Shown here: one piece after another, positions 19,900 through 30,358 of the stretch | Position numbering within the stretch: position 1 is the first letter of the stretch | Layout: every line of letters starts with the position of its first letter | Source: Acidobacteriota bacterium | GTDB taxonomy: Bacteria > Acidobacteriota > UBA890 > WLXD01 | Assembly: GCA_965205505.1 (NCBI GenBank) | Contig: CBDBHB010000009.1 | Span: 2,944,001-3,008,000 of the forward strand | Direction of reading: 5' to 3' | Length of the DNA: 64,000 nucleotides | Translations under genes and position numbers: made by a program | Notes under the pieces: model-generated | Seen by the model: the letters and a program-made list of their open reading frames with translations, nothing else | Told to the model about the DNA's origin: nothing | Database searches by the model: none

Positions 19900-20604
19900 T
19901 CACTCCGCCTCGTCTTCTGATTTCTTGTTCTTCCGCTTCGACTCGCCCCGAGCCTCAAAGCGGCGTTCGTGATCGACTTGCTTGCGCGCCTGCTCGGCTT
20001 CGGCCCGCATTCTCGTTCGTGCGGCTGCGGCGAAGTCGATAACGGTTGTGCGTGCTTCTAGCGGCAGTTCCCAAGCGTTGTCCTTGCCGTTTGGGCACAC
20101 GACATGGAAGCTCGCCGCGAGCCATTCTCCCGGTTCCGCTGCATAACCGAACAGAAGGCTCGTCACCGGGATTCGCCCGGCTGAACTCGGTGGATAGTCT
20201 GGGAACGGGAGACCCGCTTGACGCTCTACCGCTACCGACCGTTGAAACAGAAACCCGCTCATTACGCGCGTCGGGATGTTGCTCGGTCGCATGTTCCCAT
20301 CGAAGCCCTTGATGCGCCCACTGTATTTCTTCTGGCCTCCCATTTGGAGGTCGACGTAAACGGTTCCATCTTGGTCCCGCACATCGATATCGTGATCGTC
20401 CTCGAACTCGGCCCGGATGAACGCAGCTGCATAGTCCCAGATCACCCCTCGTTGCGTTCGCACGCTAAGCTCCGGATCTGACCCATACTTTGCGTCGAAC
20501 TCACCGAGCGCTTGGGCAAGGCAATCAGCGATACGTCCTCCGACGTTCCCGCCCCCGATCTCGTCCAAGTCTTTCGCAACCGTCTCTTCTGATCTGATCG
20601 TCAT
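19900..20604 (-). CDS. Hypothetical protein paired with the XRE-ImmA/IrrE gene
   Basis: Open frame from MTIRSEE containing RIKGFD..MRPSNIPT, 6 bp upstream of the XRE-peptidase gene. Confidence 0.7.
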   Translation of the reverse strand: MTIRSEETVAKDLDEIGGGNVGGRIADCLAQALGEFDAKYGSDPELSVRTQRGVIWDYAAAFIRAEFEDDHDIDVRDQDGTVYVDLQMGGQKKYSGRIKGFDGNMRPSNIPTRVMSGFLFQRSVAVERQAGLPFPDYPPSSAGRIPVTSLLFGYAAEPGEWLAASFHVVCPNGKDNAWELPLEARTTVIDFAAAARTRMRAEAEQARKQVDHERRFEARGESKRKNKKSEDEAE

Positions 20605-20751
20605 GCGCTGCAAACTCCGATTTGCTCCTCCTGCCTGGATAGTCAAGCGCCCCACTTGCGACGGTAGCGAAGCGGTGCGGCGTTTTCAAGGGTTCTATGC
20701 ATAATTTATGCATTGCATTAAGTATAAAGATACTGTAGACTCCTTTCTGTC

Positions 20752-21702
20752 ATGTCAAAACGAGCACCGAAGTCACCGATCCTGGCGGAGTTGAGACGGG
20801 CCACCATCGACGAAAAGGCGGCCGTCGAGTTCTTCGAGCGCCATCGCTGGGGCTCGGACACCGGTTGCCCCCGATGCGGCAGCACGAACGTCTATCAAAT
20901 GAGTGATCGCAAGACCGGCGTGCGGAACAAGGACTATCGCTGGCGCTGTCGTGACTGCAAGCGTATGTACACGGTCAGGACGGGCACGATCTTCGAGGAA
21001 ACCCGTCTGCTGCTTCGGCACTGGTGCTTCGCTTTCTGGAAGGCATGCGCCTCCAAGAAGGGCGTGAGTGCCCTACAGATCAGCCGGGAGTGCGAGATCA
21101 GCTACAAGTCGGCTTTGTTCTTGATGCACCGCATCCGCTACGCGATGGCCTACGGCCACATGCTGCCCCCGGCCCGCAAGCTGTCGGGCATCGTCGAGGT
21201 CGACGAAACCTACGTTGGTGGGAAGCCGCGCTACCCAGGCAAAGGGAAGCGGGGTCGCGGCACCGCCAAGACGCCGGTTCTTGGGATCGTCGAGCGCGGG
21301 GGTGACGTGCGCTTCGAGGTCATGGACCGCGTGACTGCCGCGACGCTAGAGCACGCAGTCGCAGAGCACGTCGACACGGATTCCCGACTGATCACCGACG
21401 AGCTGAACGCATACATCCGAGTCGGGCGTCATTATCGGAAGCATGACCGGATCAAGCACAAGGACCGCCAGTACGTTCGGGGCGACGTCCACACGAACAC
21501 CGTTGAGGGCACCTTCGCGCTACTCAAGCGGGGGATCTATGGGACGTACCATTCGGTCAGCAAGAAGCACCTGCACCGATATCTCGGTGAGTTCGCCTTC
21601 CGCTACAACCGCCGCGGGATCAACGACGATGAGCGCGTTGTGGCGGCAATCAAGCGGGCCGATGGAAAGCGCCTGCCTTTCCGCACGCTGGTAGATGGCT
21701 AG
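20752..21702 (+). CDS. IS1595-family DDE transposase
   Basis: Zn ribbon CPRC...WRCRDC, VEVDETYVGG, LITDE, HTNTVEG and YLGEFAFRYNRR. Confidence 0.95.
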   Translation: MSKRAPKSPILAELRRATIDEKAAVEFFERHRWGSDTGCPRCGSTNVYQMSDRKTGVRNKDYRWRCRDCKRMYTVRTGTIFEETRLLLRHWCFAFWKACASKKGVSALQISRECEISYKSALFLMHRIRYAMAYGHMLPPARKLSGIVEVDETYVGGKPRYPGKGKRGRGTAKTPVLGIVERGGDVRFEVMDRVTAATLEHAVAEHVDTDSRLITDELNAYIRVGRHYRKHDRIKHKDRQYVRGDVHTNTVEGTFALLKRGIYGTYHSVSKKHLHRYLGEFAFRYNRRGINDDERVVAAIKRADGKRLPFRTLVDG

Positions 21703-21785
21703 CGGTTACCGAGCCGGTGTTACGCTGACATTGGGTGAGAGCCAGGTGCTAGCCTAGGTCCGTCAGACGGGCAGTGAGATATACG

Positions 21786-21823
21786 GGAGAAGGGGGTCGT
21801 CCAATGCGGACGACCCCCTTCTC
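21786..21823 (+). terminator. Hairpin downstream of the transposase
   Basis: GAGAAGGGGGTCGTCC-AATGC-GGACGACCCCCTTCTC forms a perfect 16-bp stem. Confidence 0.65.
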
Positions 21824-21949
21824 TTGTCTTCTAGCGTCGCGTTCGGCAGAAGTTGCAACAGGTACACACTGTCGATTAAATTTGGCCAGACGCGTGACCC
21901 TCCCCCGTTCGATTGCTCGCACATCTTCCTGAAATACCCGGACGCTCCC

Positions 21950-22690
21950 GGCGGCTCCTGGCCGGGTGGCGAGCTGTCCGCGAGCGTAGCGTGCCAGCAT
22001 GGTGGGCGAGAGCCAGCGTCCTGCCTGCTGCATTTCAACCAGCGAAGCGCCAGCGGCGGCGGGGTCCTGTACCGCTCCGATGCGCAGCGAGTGCCCGGAC
22101 ACCCGGCCTTGGACGCCGGCTTCGGCGCAGCGCCGGGCGATGATGGCGCGCAACGCCGTGGCCGAGATCGGCTCGGAGCCTGCACGCCGCCCACCCTTGT
22201 GCAGCCGCACGAACACCGTCGGCTCGCCGATGTAAAGCGCGGCTCCGGCCGCCTCTTGATCCGTCTTGGAGCGGCGCAGGGTGATCGTATGCCCGCCGTC
22301 GGCCTCGATGTCGCCCCAGCGCAGCGTGGCGAGTTCCGAGACGGCAAAGCATCGCCGCCGAGCCGACCGCCACGATGGCCCTGTCGAGCAATCCGTGGGT
22401 GCTCTTGGAGCCATTAGCGGCGACAGCGGCCGCAGCGTCGGCCTGGCCCCATCGCACGCCGGTGGCCGCGCCCGCGCGAGCGTTCGGCGCCGACGTGCCG
22501 GAACCCGTCTAGCACCCGTGCCGTGGCCTCGCCCACGGGCGAGAGTTCTCCACTGAAGCGGTACTGTGCCCGCACGGTCACAACAATCATTGAGGCCGGC
22601 GCCGGCGAGCGTCCGGCTTCGAACAGCGAGCCCAAATACACGGCGAGGGAAGAGTCGGTGAGCTCGGGTGGCGTCGCCAGCGGACATTTG
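21950..22690 (-). pseudogene. Cre-like tyrosine recombinase remnant
   Basis: SELATLRWGDI, RRSKTDQE and SGHSLRIG...MQQAGRW.SPTM.ARY catalytic motifs, with frameshifts. Confidence 0.82.
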
Positions 22691-23023
22691 GCATCGCGCG
22701 AGCGCTCAAAGAACGCTCCGGCATCTGCGCATTGCCGTGAATCTGGCCGAGTGGTGGCGGATCAAAGGCTTGCCGCCGCGAGCAGGTCGCCCAGCCTGGG
22801 CTCCGAGAGCGGCAACACCACGAAACCTCGTGCAGCTTGGGTGGCGGACCTACTGTCGCACACGGTTGCTGCGTATCGAGGAATGATTGGGCAGATGCGC
22901 GGCAACCGCCGTGGCGCTGTCGACCGCGTCCGGGATGTGGATCTCCGCGCGCAGGTGGCTGAGGGCCTCGACAGCCCGCCGCTCCGGGCCGAGGCCCAGA
23001 TCCTGACCTAACGCGCGGGCAGG

Positions 23024-26000
23024 CTACCTAAAAATCCCGCCTAGTCCGTAGCTCAGCCGCCGCGCGCCCTCGCTCCCCGCATGGACAAACGTATCAAGAA
23101 CTTCGATCAGACGTTGCCGAGCCTCCTCGTCCGTCTGAAAGAGCGCACGGTAGTCAGCCAAGTAGCGATCGACGATTCGCACTATCACCTCCTCCGCCAT
23201 CTGGTCGTACTGATAGCCTCCCATCCGTCCCCCGCGGACAACGCGCGCAACTCTCGAAAACACCCGACGGGGATCGACAGGGACAAGAACCTCGAGCGCT
23301 TGCAATAGGTTGTGGCTAAGCGGCGGAAGCCCGACGCCCGCCAACTCGTCGATAATCTCCCCCGACTCGGCGTGCAAGCGCCGGAGCACCTGCTCGCCGG
23401 GCGATTCGTCGCCATCCTGCGCGCCCGAAGCAAAGCAGATGTTCCAACTCACGCACTCTAGCAGACGCGCAAGGTCCTGCATCTGTTCTTCGCTGGGCCC
23501 ATCCTCTGCGACATCATGGGTATCCTCTTCGCGTTCCATCCCACGACGGAACTCAGCCGCCGCTCCCCTCGTAACTCGCAGGAGGAAGCTCCAACTTCGC
23601 CCGCGGGCAGCGTCGGTCTCAGGATCTCGAGGATCAACCGCACCACTCACCAGAATCTCGCGGAATCCCTGCACCAAGTGAGTGACGTCCTCAAGATGAG
23701 CGACAGGATTATCAGCAAGCCCGTCGATCACCGCTGAAGCGGCTTCATCCCTGCCCCAGATGAAAAGGTCAGCGAGAATATTGCCGCATGAATTTGCCAG
23801 CTCGCGTGCATCTGCCACAGCCTCCTGAATACCTATCGTGATCCTGGCGACCCGCGCCGGCTCTTCGAACTTCAGAGAGCTGAGCGGACCTTTCACCAAC
23901 CCCCGCAGCACCCCTGGACTACGATCGCGGGCCATCCGTTCGATCATCCTCCACGTCCAATCCGAGTCGTGGGGATACCGAACCAGTAACCGGGAAGCAA
24001 TCTGCCATCGGACGCACGGCGCGGGATCGACGACCAGCCGCTCCACGGCGGCAAGAACGTCCGGATCCTCGCAGGAAGGATGCTGGAGGATCGTCATTAG
24101 ACCTGCGGCAGCATCTATGCGGGCTGCCGGCTTCCCCCACGAAGCTTCCAAGAAGCGCTCGTCTGCGTCGCTGTCGAAGGCCGGCACTCGGTTCCCACTT
24201 GCCTCGAGCAGCACGGTCCGCACGAATGCGCCTGCCTCTTCGTGGCAAAGAAGGCCCTCTGTTTTCGCAATCGCAGCGCTCGCCTCAGCCAAAATCCCCC
24301 AAGCGTAATCGGCCTGCTTCTCGTGAACGCCGTCAGCTTCGGAGGATCGCAGTGTTGTGTACAGACGCCTCATGTGCGGGATCACCTCGGCTAGTTCCTC
24401 GGATTCGGGAACCTCGTTGAGGTGAACCTTCGCAAACTTCTTAACCGGCACTTCCAGCTCCCGAAGGCGCTTGTTCGGCTCCTCCTCTACCGGCACTCCT
24501 TCATCGGCGAGGAACTCAACCTCACCAGCCTCTCGGCTGTACAACGGGAACGTGGCAACCTCCTCGCTTAGCGGAACCGTGCCCGCAGCACGCAGCGCAG
24601 ACAGATGCTCCCGGGACTCCGAGGTCACGAGCCCGTCCTCAGGAAGACATCCGAGCAGTCGATCGCGTGCCCGCTCCGCCCAACTTTGGCATTCTCGCGG
24701 CATTACCACTGGAATGGAAAGAATGGCGCGTTCGATCCTCTCTCGGTCAGCCTCGGACAGATCGACAAAAAGAGCGCCGTTCATTCTTCCGACATCCTCT
24801 ATCGTGTCAGGACACATCAAGACGGGGAGCGACCACCCGAGCGCCCGAATCTTCATGCCTATCTGGTCTGGATAGCGAGTTCCCAGACGGAGAAGCCGTC
24901 GCCAAACAGCCGCCAGCTGACATGTCCGAACGAGGATGTCCAGCAGGTTGGCCAGCTCCGCCGTGCCTCCCTGGCCGCCGGCGAGGTCCTCCAACCGCCG
25001 CTGCACTTGATCCAACAACTTGACTGCATGCTCGTCGCGATGGCCTTGACCTCGATCCCAGATGGAGCTGTGATCCGTTAGGAGAACAGCCCGTACCCTA
25101 TCAAGGTCGAATTCGGCAGGCTCTTCGTCAGGCGGCGAGTATTCGTGGGCGACGTGCCATTGGAGAGCGGCATGCATAGCCTCAACCGCTTCTTGTGGCG
25201 CTGCACGCAGGAACTCTGGAAATGATTGGACCAGTTGGTAGAGTCCACCGCGATAGTCTTGGCGGCGATTCGATATCAGCGCGACGACTTTCCCTCCCAC
25301 GGGAACTGGCGCCTCGGACGTTTCCCGGTATCCGAAGGCGGCTCGGTAGATATCTCTGACCAAAGCCGGGGCGTGGGGTGTGATCGAGGTCACCGCGTCT
25401 GCAATCCAGCGCAGCTCCTCGCTTCCGTGCTGTGCGAGGTGGTCGGGTTGGATCGCACGCCGCAGAAGCTCAGAAGATGCTCCGACATCGGTCCCGAACG
25501 TGTGGCCGACAAACTGTATGGCCCTCACCACAAGCCATCGATCTCTCTGGCTCCGAGCCCACGCAAAAGCAAGGAGACGCCGACTGGCCGTGCCCACTTG
25601 CTCAGCCTGCGCAACGGAGAGTTGATCGAGCCTTGCCACGAGATTCGATAGGATCGAGCATGTTGGATAGGCGGTCCCGATCGTGAAGCTGCCGCTAAGC
25701 TGCTCCGCTAGATCACAACACAACCCGGCAGCCTCAGGCTGGGAACCACGCTCCGCAAGGAGAGCGCGAACACAGTGCGCCAGTGCATTCTCTGCCGACT
25801 CGCGAACAGGGTCATCCGCGCCCGCAAGCGCCGTCAGGAGCGGCACGAACTCCTGAACAGCCAACCCACTCTCTGCGGCCACGCCGGATCCAATCAGCTT
25901 GCCGATCTCAGGAATCCCGGGTGAGCCGCACACGGCAAGAGCTGTCTTCCAGAACTCCTTCCGTGCCTGCTGTGGTGGGTCAAGCGTCCAGAGATAATGG

Positions 26001-27985
26001 AAGTGCATTACAAGACTCGGTCTCCCCAGCAAGACAAAAGCGCGGTCCTCTGCGAGAAACGCTACCAAGCGACTGGCGCTGCACCGAAGCAGCAGCCGAG
26101 CGACGGCATAGTCGAACAGAACATGATGCGCGAAAGCGAGTGTAGAGCTTCGCGGTGGGTCTTCTGGTCGCGGGCTCCACTCAATGATCACCTGCTCCGA
26201 TAGGAGATCGTAGATGTGTGGTCCTGCCGAGACTTCCGTCTCCACAAGGTCCCGATCCGCGTGCAGGACTCGCTCGCGGGTCATGGTCTTCACTGCCCCC
26301 CGAAGAACAACCTCCCGAGATGGAGCGTCGCGCGCGCTGCCACCTCCGAGAACGCGTTCCTGCCAGTAGAGGTCGAGTAGATCCAGTTGGCTCCTTACAT
26401 CCCGAATCGCCTGCGGATCGGTGCCTTTATCCAGTAACTCCGCGGCAAGCCTAAGATTGAAAGGGTTGTGTAGGAGTTCGGCGACCGCTGTCGAAGCTGA
26501 CTCGAGGAGTCGAGCCAGTTTTGGAGCGCCACGGTCGCCGATCTGTTGCAGCTCGTCATCCGTCAGCCGCCCGACGACGATATGGCGCATTCCGGCAAAT
26601 GACTCCCCAGCAAGGGGAGGCTCAGGACCGTCGAGCGGAGTGCCCTTGAAAATAGTGGCCAGATCCCCGCTGTAGCGAGCATCGTGCTCACGGATCGACG
26701 CGACGACATTCCACCGGGTCCCTCGTTCACCGACTTCTCGGATCAGAGTCCTGAGGGCTGCAGCCGATCGTTCGGTCCGAGCTGCGTCCAGTGCATCGAT
26801 AAGCAGGAAAGAGGGGCGTGCCCCTGGCCAATTCGCGAGAATGTCCACGACGTCGTGGTCGAGTCGCAGCTCGTCTCGCAATCCTCCCATGCTCTCAAAT
26901 GGCGGTTGCTCGGCCGCCAGCACGATTACTTCACGTCCCTCCTTTCGCAGCGCCTCGCAAAGCGAGTGGAGTGCACTCGATTTTCCCGCCCCAGGTTCGC
27001 CAACAACAAGAATGGGCCCAGTTTCAGCAGCCTCCTTGAGGAGAGAGACGTAGGGCCGCTGGATCCGCAAATCAGCGCACCCCAGTCGAATGGACGCATG
27101 TTCTGCCAGGCGGCTAGTGACCCGATCGCTGTGATTCTTCAGGCGCCGAATGTCTTCCCGATAGCTCCGCGGGGCGCGTACCCTCACGTCGGCGGAGTTC
27201 AACACTTCAAGCAACGTGGCCCGATCCGCGTGACCTTGTGTTCGGATCAGGCGCAGACCTTCGGTGATCAACACCGACCATGCCACGGCGGCCTGATCGG
27301 GGGTTTCGAGCACACTCGCCCGGAGGATGCTCTTTGCCGCTTGTTCGTCTCTCTCGCCCTCGCCCACTTCGATTGTCTCGACGTGAAGGAGGTTCAGGAG
27401 CTTGCGGACATCGTGGTCACTAGGGCGGGACCGGGTTGTCGCGCTCCAGGACGCCCGGATGTGGTGAGCAACAACGTCCAGGGCTCTTCGCCGCTTGCCG
27501 AGCCCGTCACTGGGCAGCTCGTGGCCTGGGTGGTCGCGTACGCGCCCCAACGCCTCGCGGAGAGTCACACGAATGGTCGCGGGAGCGTCGACACCTACCG
27601 CCAAAACGAGGCGATCATGCGCGGCATCCAAAGGGTCCTCACCGCCCCCCGGTGCCGTTCTCCCTTGCAGGAACTGCCGAACGAATTGGTCCACGGCCGA
27701 GGCAAACGGCGCGAGTTTCCCGGCGCGATGCCCAGCGCAGGAAAGGGAAACGGTCCGTTTCACCTGTACATACGCGGTATGCCGGGTGCGCGTCGTGACG
27801 ATCAGGTCATCGACTGGTTCGGGACTTTCGCAGGCGATTTGAGCTACAGGCGCCGTCAACCGGAATGGCGGTTCCGCATCCTCCTCCGCAAGCAGGTGCA
27901 CAGCTACCCAGGCACTGACTCGCGCCTGGTAGTCCGCCCCGCCCCCCATCGCGGCTCCCCCCACGCTCGGGCGCCTACCCACCAC
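23024..27985 (-). CDS. Avs-like STAND NTPase with N-terminal PD-(D/E)xK-type nuclease domain (1653 aa)
   Basis: GADYQ...VDDL...YVQVK at the N-terminus, Walker A GEPGAGKS, Walker B LLIDALD, NPFNL, FAHHVLFDY, then a long helical C-terminus. Confidence 0.78.
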   Translation of the reverse strand: MVGRRPSVGGAAMGGGADYQARVSAWVAVHLLAEEDAEPPFRLTAPVAQIACESPEPVDDLIVTTRTRHTAYVQVKRTVSLSCAGHRAGKLAPFASAVDQFVRQFLQGRTAPGGGEDPLDAAHDRLVLAVGVDAPATIRVTLREALGRVRDHPGHELPSDGLGKRRRALDVVAHHIRASWSATTRSRPSDHDVRKLLNLLHVETIEVGEGERDEQAAKSILRASVLETPDQAAVAWSVLITEGLRLIRTQGHADRATLLEVLNSADVRVRAPRSYREDIRRLKNHSDRVTSRLAEHASIRLGCADLRIQRPYVSLLKEAAETGPILVVGEPGAGKSSALHSLCEALRKEGREVIVLAAEQPPFESMGGLRDELRLDHDVVDILANWPGARPSFLLIDALDAARTERSAAALRTLIREVGERGTRWNVVASIREHDARYSGDLATIFKGTPLDGPEPPLAGESFAGMRHIVVGRLTDDELQQIGDRGAPKLARLLESASTAVAELLHNPFNLRLAAELLDKGTDPQAIRDVRSQLDLLDLYWQERVLGGGSARDAPSREVVLRGAVKTMTRERVLHADRDLVETEVSAGPHIYDLLSEQVIIEWSPRPEDPPRSSTLAFAHHVLFDYAVARLLLRCSASRLVAFLAEDRAFVLLGRPSLVMHFHYLWTLDPPQQARKEFWKTALAVCGSPGIPEIGKLIGSGVAAESGLAVQEFVPLLTALAGADDPVRESAENALAHCVRALLAERGSQPEAAGLCCDLAEQLSGSFTIGTAYPTCSILSNLVARLDQLSVAQAEQVGTASRRLLAFAWARSQRDRWLVVRAIQFVGHTFGTDVGASSELLRRAIQPDHLAQHGSEELRWIADAVTSITPHAPALVRDIYRAAFGYRETSEAPVPVGGKVVALISNRRQDYRGGLYQLVQSFPEFLRAAPQEAVEAMHAALQWHVAHEYSPPDEEPAEFDLDRVRAVLLTDHSSIWDRGQGHRDEHAVKLLDQVQRRLEDLAGGQGGTAELANLLDILVRTCQLAAVWRRLLRLGTRYPDQIGMKIRALGWSLPVLMCPDTIEDVGRMNGALFVDLSEADRERIERAILSIPVVMPRECQSWAERARDRLLGCLPEDGLVTSESREHLSALRAAGTVPLSEEVATFPLYSREAGEVEFLADEGVPVEEEPNKRLRELEVPVKKFAKVHLNEVPESEELAEVIPHMRRLYTTLRSSEADGVHEKQADYAWGILAEASAAIAKTEGLLCHEEAGAFVRTVLLEASGNRVPAFDSDADERFLEASWGKPAARIDAAAGLMTILQHPSCEDPDVLAAVERLVVDPAPCVRWQIASRLLVRYPHDSDWTWRMIERMARDRSPGVLRGLVKGPLSSLKFEEPARVARITIGIQEAVADARELANSCGNILADLFIWGRDEAASAVIDGLADNPVAHLEDVTHLVQGFREILVSGAVDPRDPETDAARGRSWSFLLRVTRGAAAEFRRGMEREEDTHDVAEDGPSEEQMQDLARLLECVSWNICFASGAQDGDESPGEQVLRRLHAESGEIIDELAGVGLPPLSHNLLQALEVLVPVDPRRVFSRVARVVRGGRMGGYQYDQMAEEVIVRIVDRYLADYRALFQTDEEARQRLIEVLDTFVHAGSEGARRLSYGLGGIFR

Positions 27986-28440
27986 TACTTTGAACCTTCA
28001 TGAGGCCCCGCACCGTCCCCCCGGCCCTCCACCGCGGATCGGCGATGGCAGCGTCAGGCGCGCGTCCCAGTAGCACGTTGCCGCGAGCATTGTCGGGCAG
28101 TGCCTCGATGTCCGCACGCACCTCCTCAACGAGCCATGATCCCTTTCCGGGTATTCGACGAGAGCGTGAGCCCGTCCGAGCCAGACGGACGACGCAATTT
28201 CCCGTAGACGCTGGCCGTGAAAGACCTGGTTCAGGTCGGTCGCTCCCGGTTCCATACAGAGCCCTTTCCATGATGCGTTCGATCTGGGTCCTCGAACGCT
28301 GCCGCGAGTGAAGCAAGCCCTAGATCGAATAGCTGGACGATATCGAGCCTTGGTCGGTGCAAGCCCCGCCGCAAGCTGGGCACTCCCGGCCTCGAACAAA
28401 CTCGGCTGGCAAGCCCCTCCGCACACGCAGCCAAGCTGTT

Positions 28441-29503
28441 TGACCCTGCCCCACTTTTCCGGACACTTAGTTAAGATCCATTGTCGTAGTGGTAGTAGCG
28501 GCTGTGGGAGCTGTTGGCAACGCGAAGCGTTGTCCGAGCGACGGTGGAAATCGGGAATCGATTTCCACGGGCGCATCAGCTTTCACAGCTGATTGGCGGC
28601 TCTTGCCTGGGCCGCCGCATTGCCGCCTCGAACTGAGCCGGACTCTGGTCTCCGATCGATCACGCTCACCGACCAGCCGATGATCCGTCGCGAGCACAGA
28701 TCTATCAGCACGGCCAGGTAAAGCCACCCCACCTGGGTCCACAGGTAGGTCATGTCGCCCAGCCAGACGGTATCGACGACGTCCACCGTGAAGCGTCGAT
28801 CCAACAGGTTAGGCGCCGCCGGCCGCCCAGGCGTGGATCGTGTGGTTACTCGGAACCGACGAGGTTGGCGGGCTCGAAGTCCTTCCTGACCCATCAGCCG
28901 AGCTACCCGCTTGCGAGAGCAGCGGATCCCTCGTTGCCGAAGTTGCTTGTGGATGCGCGGACTTCCGTAACGGTCGCGGCTCTCTCGGAATGCAGCTCTG
29001 ATCTGCACACGTAGACGGCGATCTTCTCGCGCTCTCGGGCTCGGCCCCCTTCCTCGCCACTCGTAGTAACCGCCGTGAGACACCTCGAGCATCTTGCACA
29101 ACCGCCGCACCGGGAACTTGCCGGACAGTTGCTTGATGATCGGGTACTTCATCGCGGGCGTTCCGAGAAGATCGCCAACGCTTTTTTTAGAATGTCGCGC
29201 TCCTGCCGTACTCGCCGCAGGTGCCGCCGTAGCTGTTGCCCGTCCAGGTCCTGGTCGGGCATCTTCCCCGCGCCCGGAAACGCCGTGACCCCCTGCTCCT
29301 GGAGCTGTTTGCGCCACTTGGTCAACATGCCGCGGCCAACACCCAGATCCCGGGCCACCTCAGACACCGGATGGCCCAGCTGCGTCACCATCCTCACTGC
29401 CTCAATCTTGAACTCGCGACTGTACCGCCGTCGTGACCCCATGCTTCACCTCCGAGCCCATTATCGGGCTTCCAAAGGTGTCCGGGAAATCGGGGGAGGC
29501 CCA
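28441..29503 (-). mobile_element. IS3-family element with internally deleted orfB
   Basis: IRs TGACCCTGCCCCACTTTTCCGGACAC and TGGGCCTCCCCCGATTTCCCGGACAC (20/26). orfA at 29149-29442; orfB has YGSPRI and W.GD.TY but lacks its C-terminus. Confidence 0.82.
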
Positions 29504-30358
29504 AGCTGGTTCGGGGGGTGTTCGAGATTCTGTTGGAACACCCCGAAGGTCTAGCGGCCAAAGACGTGCTGGCGCGCATGGCGAGGCAAGTGCCCCCGAC
29601 CGAGTTCGAGAACTCAACATACTCGAAGCACCCGACAGTCCGGAGATACGAGAAGATCATTAGGTTCGCCACCATCGGGCCGGTGAAAGCCGGTTGGCTC
29701 GTCAAGGACCATGGCGAGTGGTCCCTGACCGAGGAAGGGCGTCGCGCACTTCGCGAGCACCCCGACCCTGAAGGGTTTACAGAGGAAGCAGGTCGGCTGT
29801 ATCGAAAATGGGCGCAGGACCGCCCCGACTTGCCAACTGAGGACGAGTCAGACGATACGGTTGTGGAATCTGCGTCGCTCGAAGAGGCCGAGGAGTCGGC
29901 TTGGTCGGACATTGAGAGCCATCTGGCTGAGATGGACCCGTACGACTTGCAGGACCTGGTCGCTGCGTTGTTGCGAGCGATGGGCTATCACGTGGCGTGG
30001 ATCGCTCCGCCCGGGCCGGATAAGGGCATCGACATAATTGCGCCACTCTGACCCACTCGGGATCGACGGACCCCGCATCAAGGTTCAAGTCAAACGCCTC
30101 ACTGCCCGCGTGACGGTGGACGGCATCCGCGCTTTTCTCGCCGTTCTAACACCTACAGACGTTGGGCTCTTTGTCAGCACCGGCGGGTTCACCAAGGATG
30201 CGCAGCTCGAGGCACGGAGCCAGGAGACGCGTCGGATCATGCTGGTCGACCTGCCCCGGCTCTTCGACCTGTGGGTCGAACACTATGGACAGGTGGCCGA
30301 ACAGCAGCGGCTGCTGCTTCCGCTGCGGCCCGTCTACTTCCTGGAGCCGGCGGATTGA
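29504..30358 (+). pseudogene. mrr: Mrr-type restriction endonuclease, 5'-truncated at the IS3 end and frameshifted near 30040
   Basis: Mrr-N-like VKAGWLVKDHGEWSLTEEG, then GPDKGIDIIA / SDPLG..PRIKVQVKR and GLFVSTGGFT. Confidence 0.85.

Larger units (their letters stand above)
18341..21874 (+). mobile_element. Complete IS1595-family transporter IS (3534 bp) with passenger genes
   Basis: 24-bp terminal IRs CGGCAGTGTGTACTTGTTGCAAAT and CGACAGTGTGTACCTGTTGCAACT (21/24). 8-bp target duplication ATTAAATT at 18333-18340 and 21875-21882. Confidence 0.93.

Noticed and set aside
26684-28003. 439-aa plus-strand ORF
   Set aside because: It is antisense to the STAND NTPase gene and has no recognisable domain.
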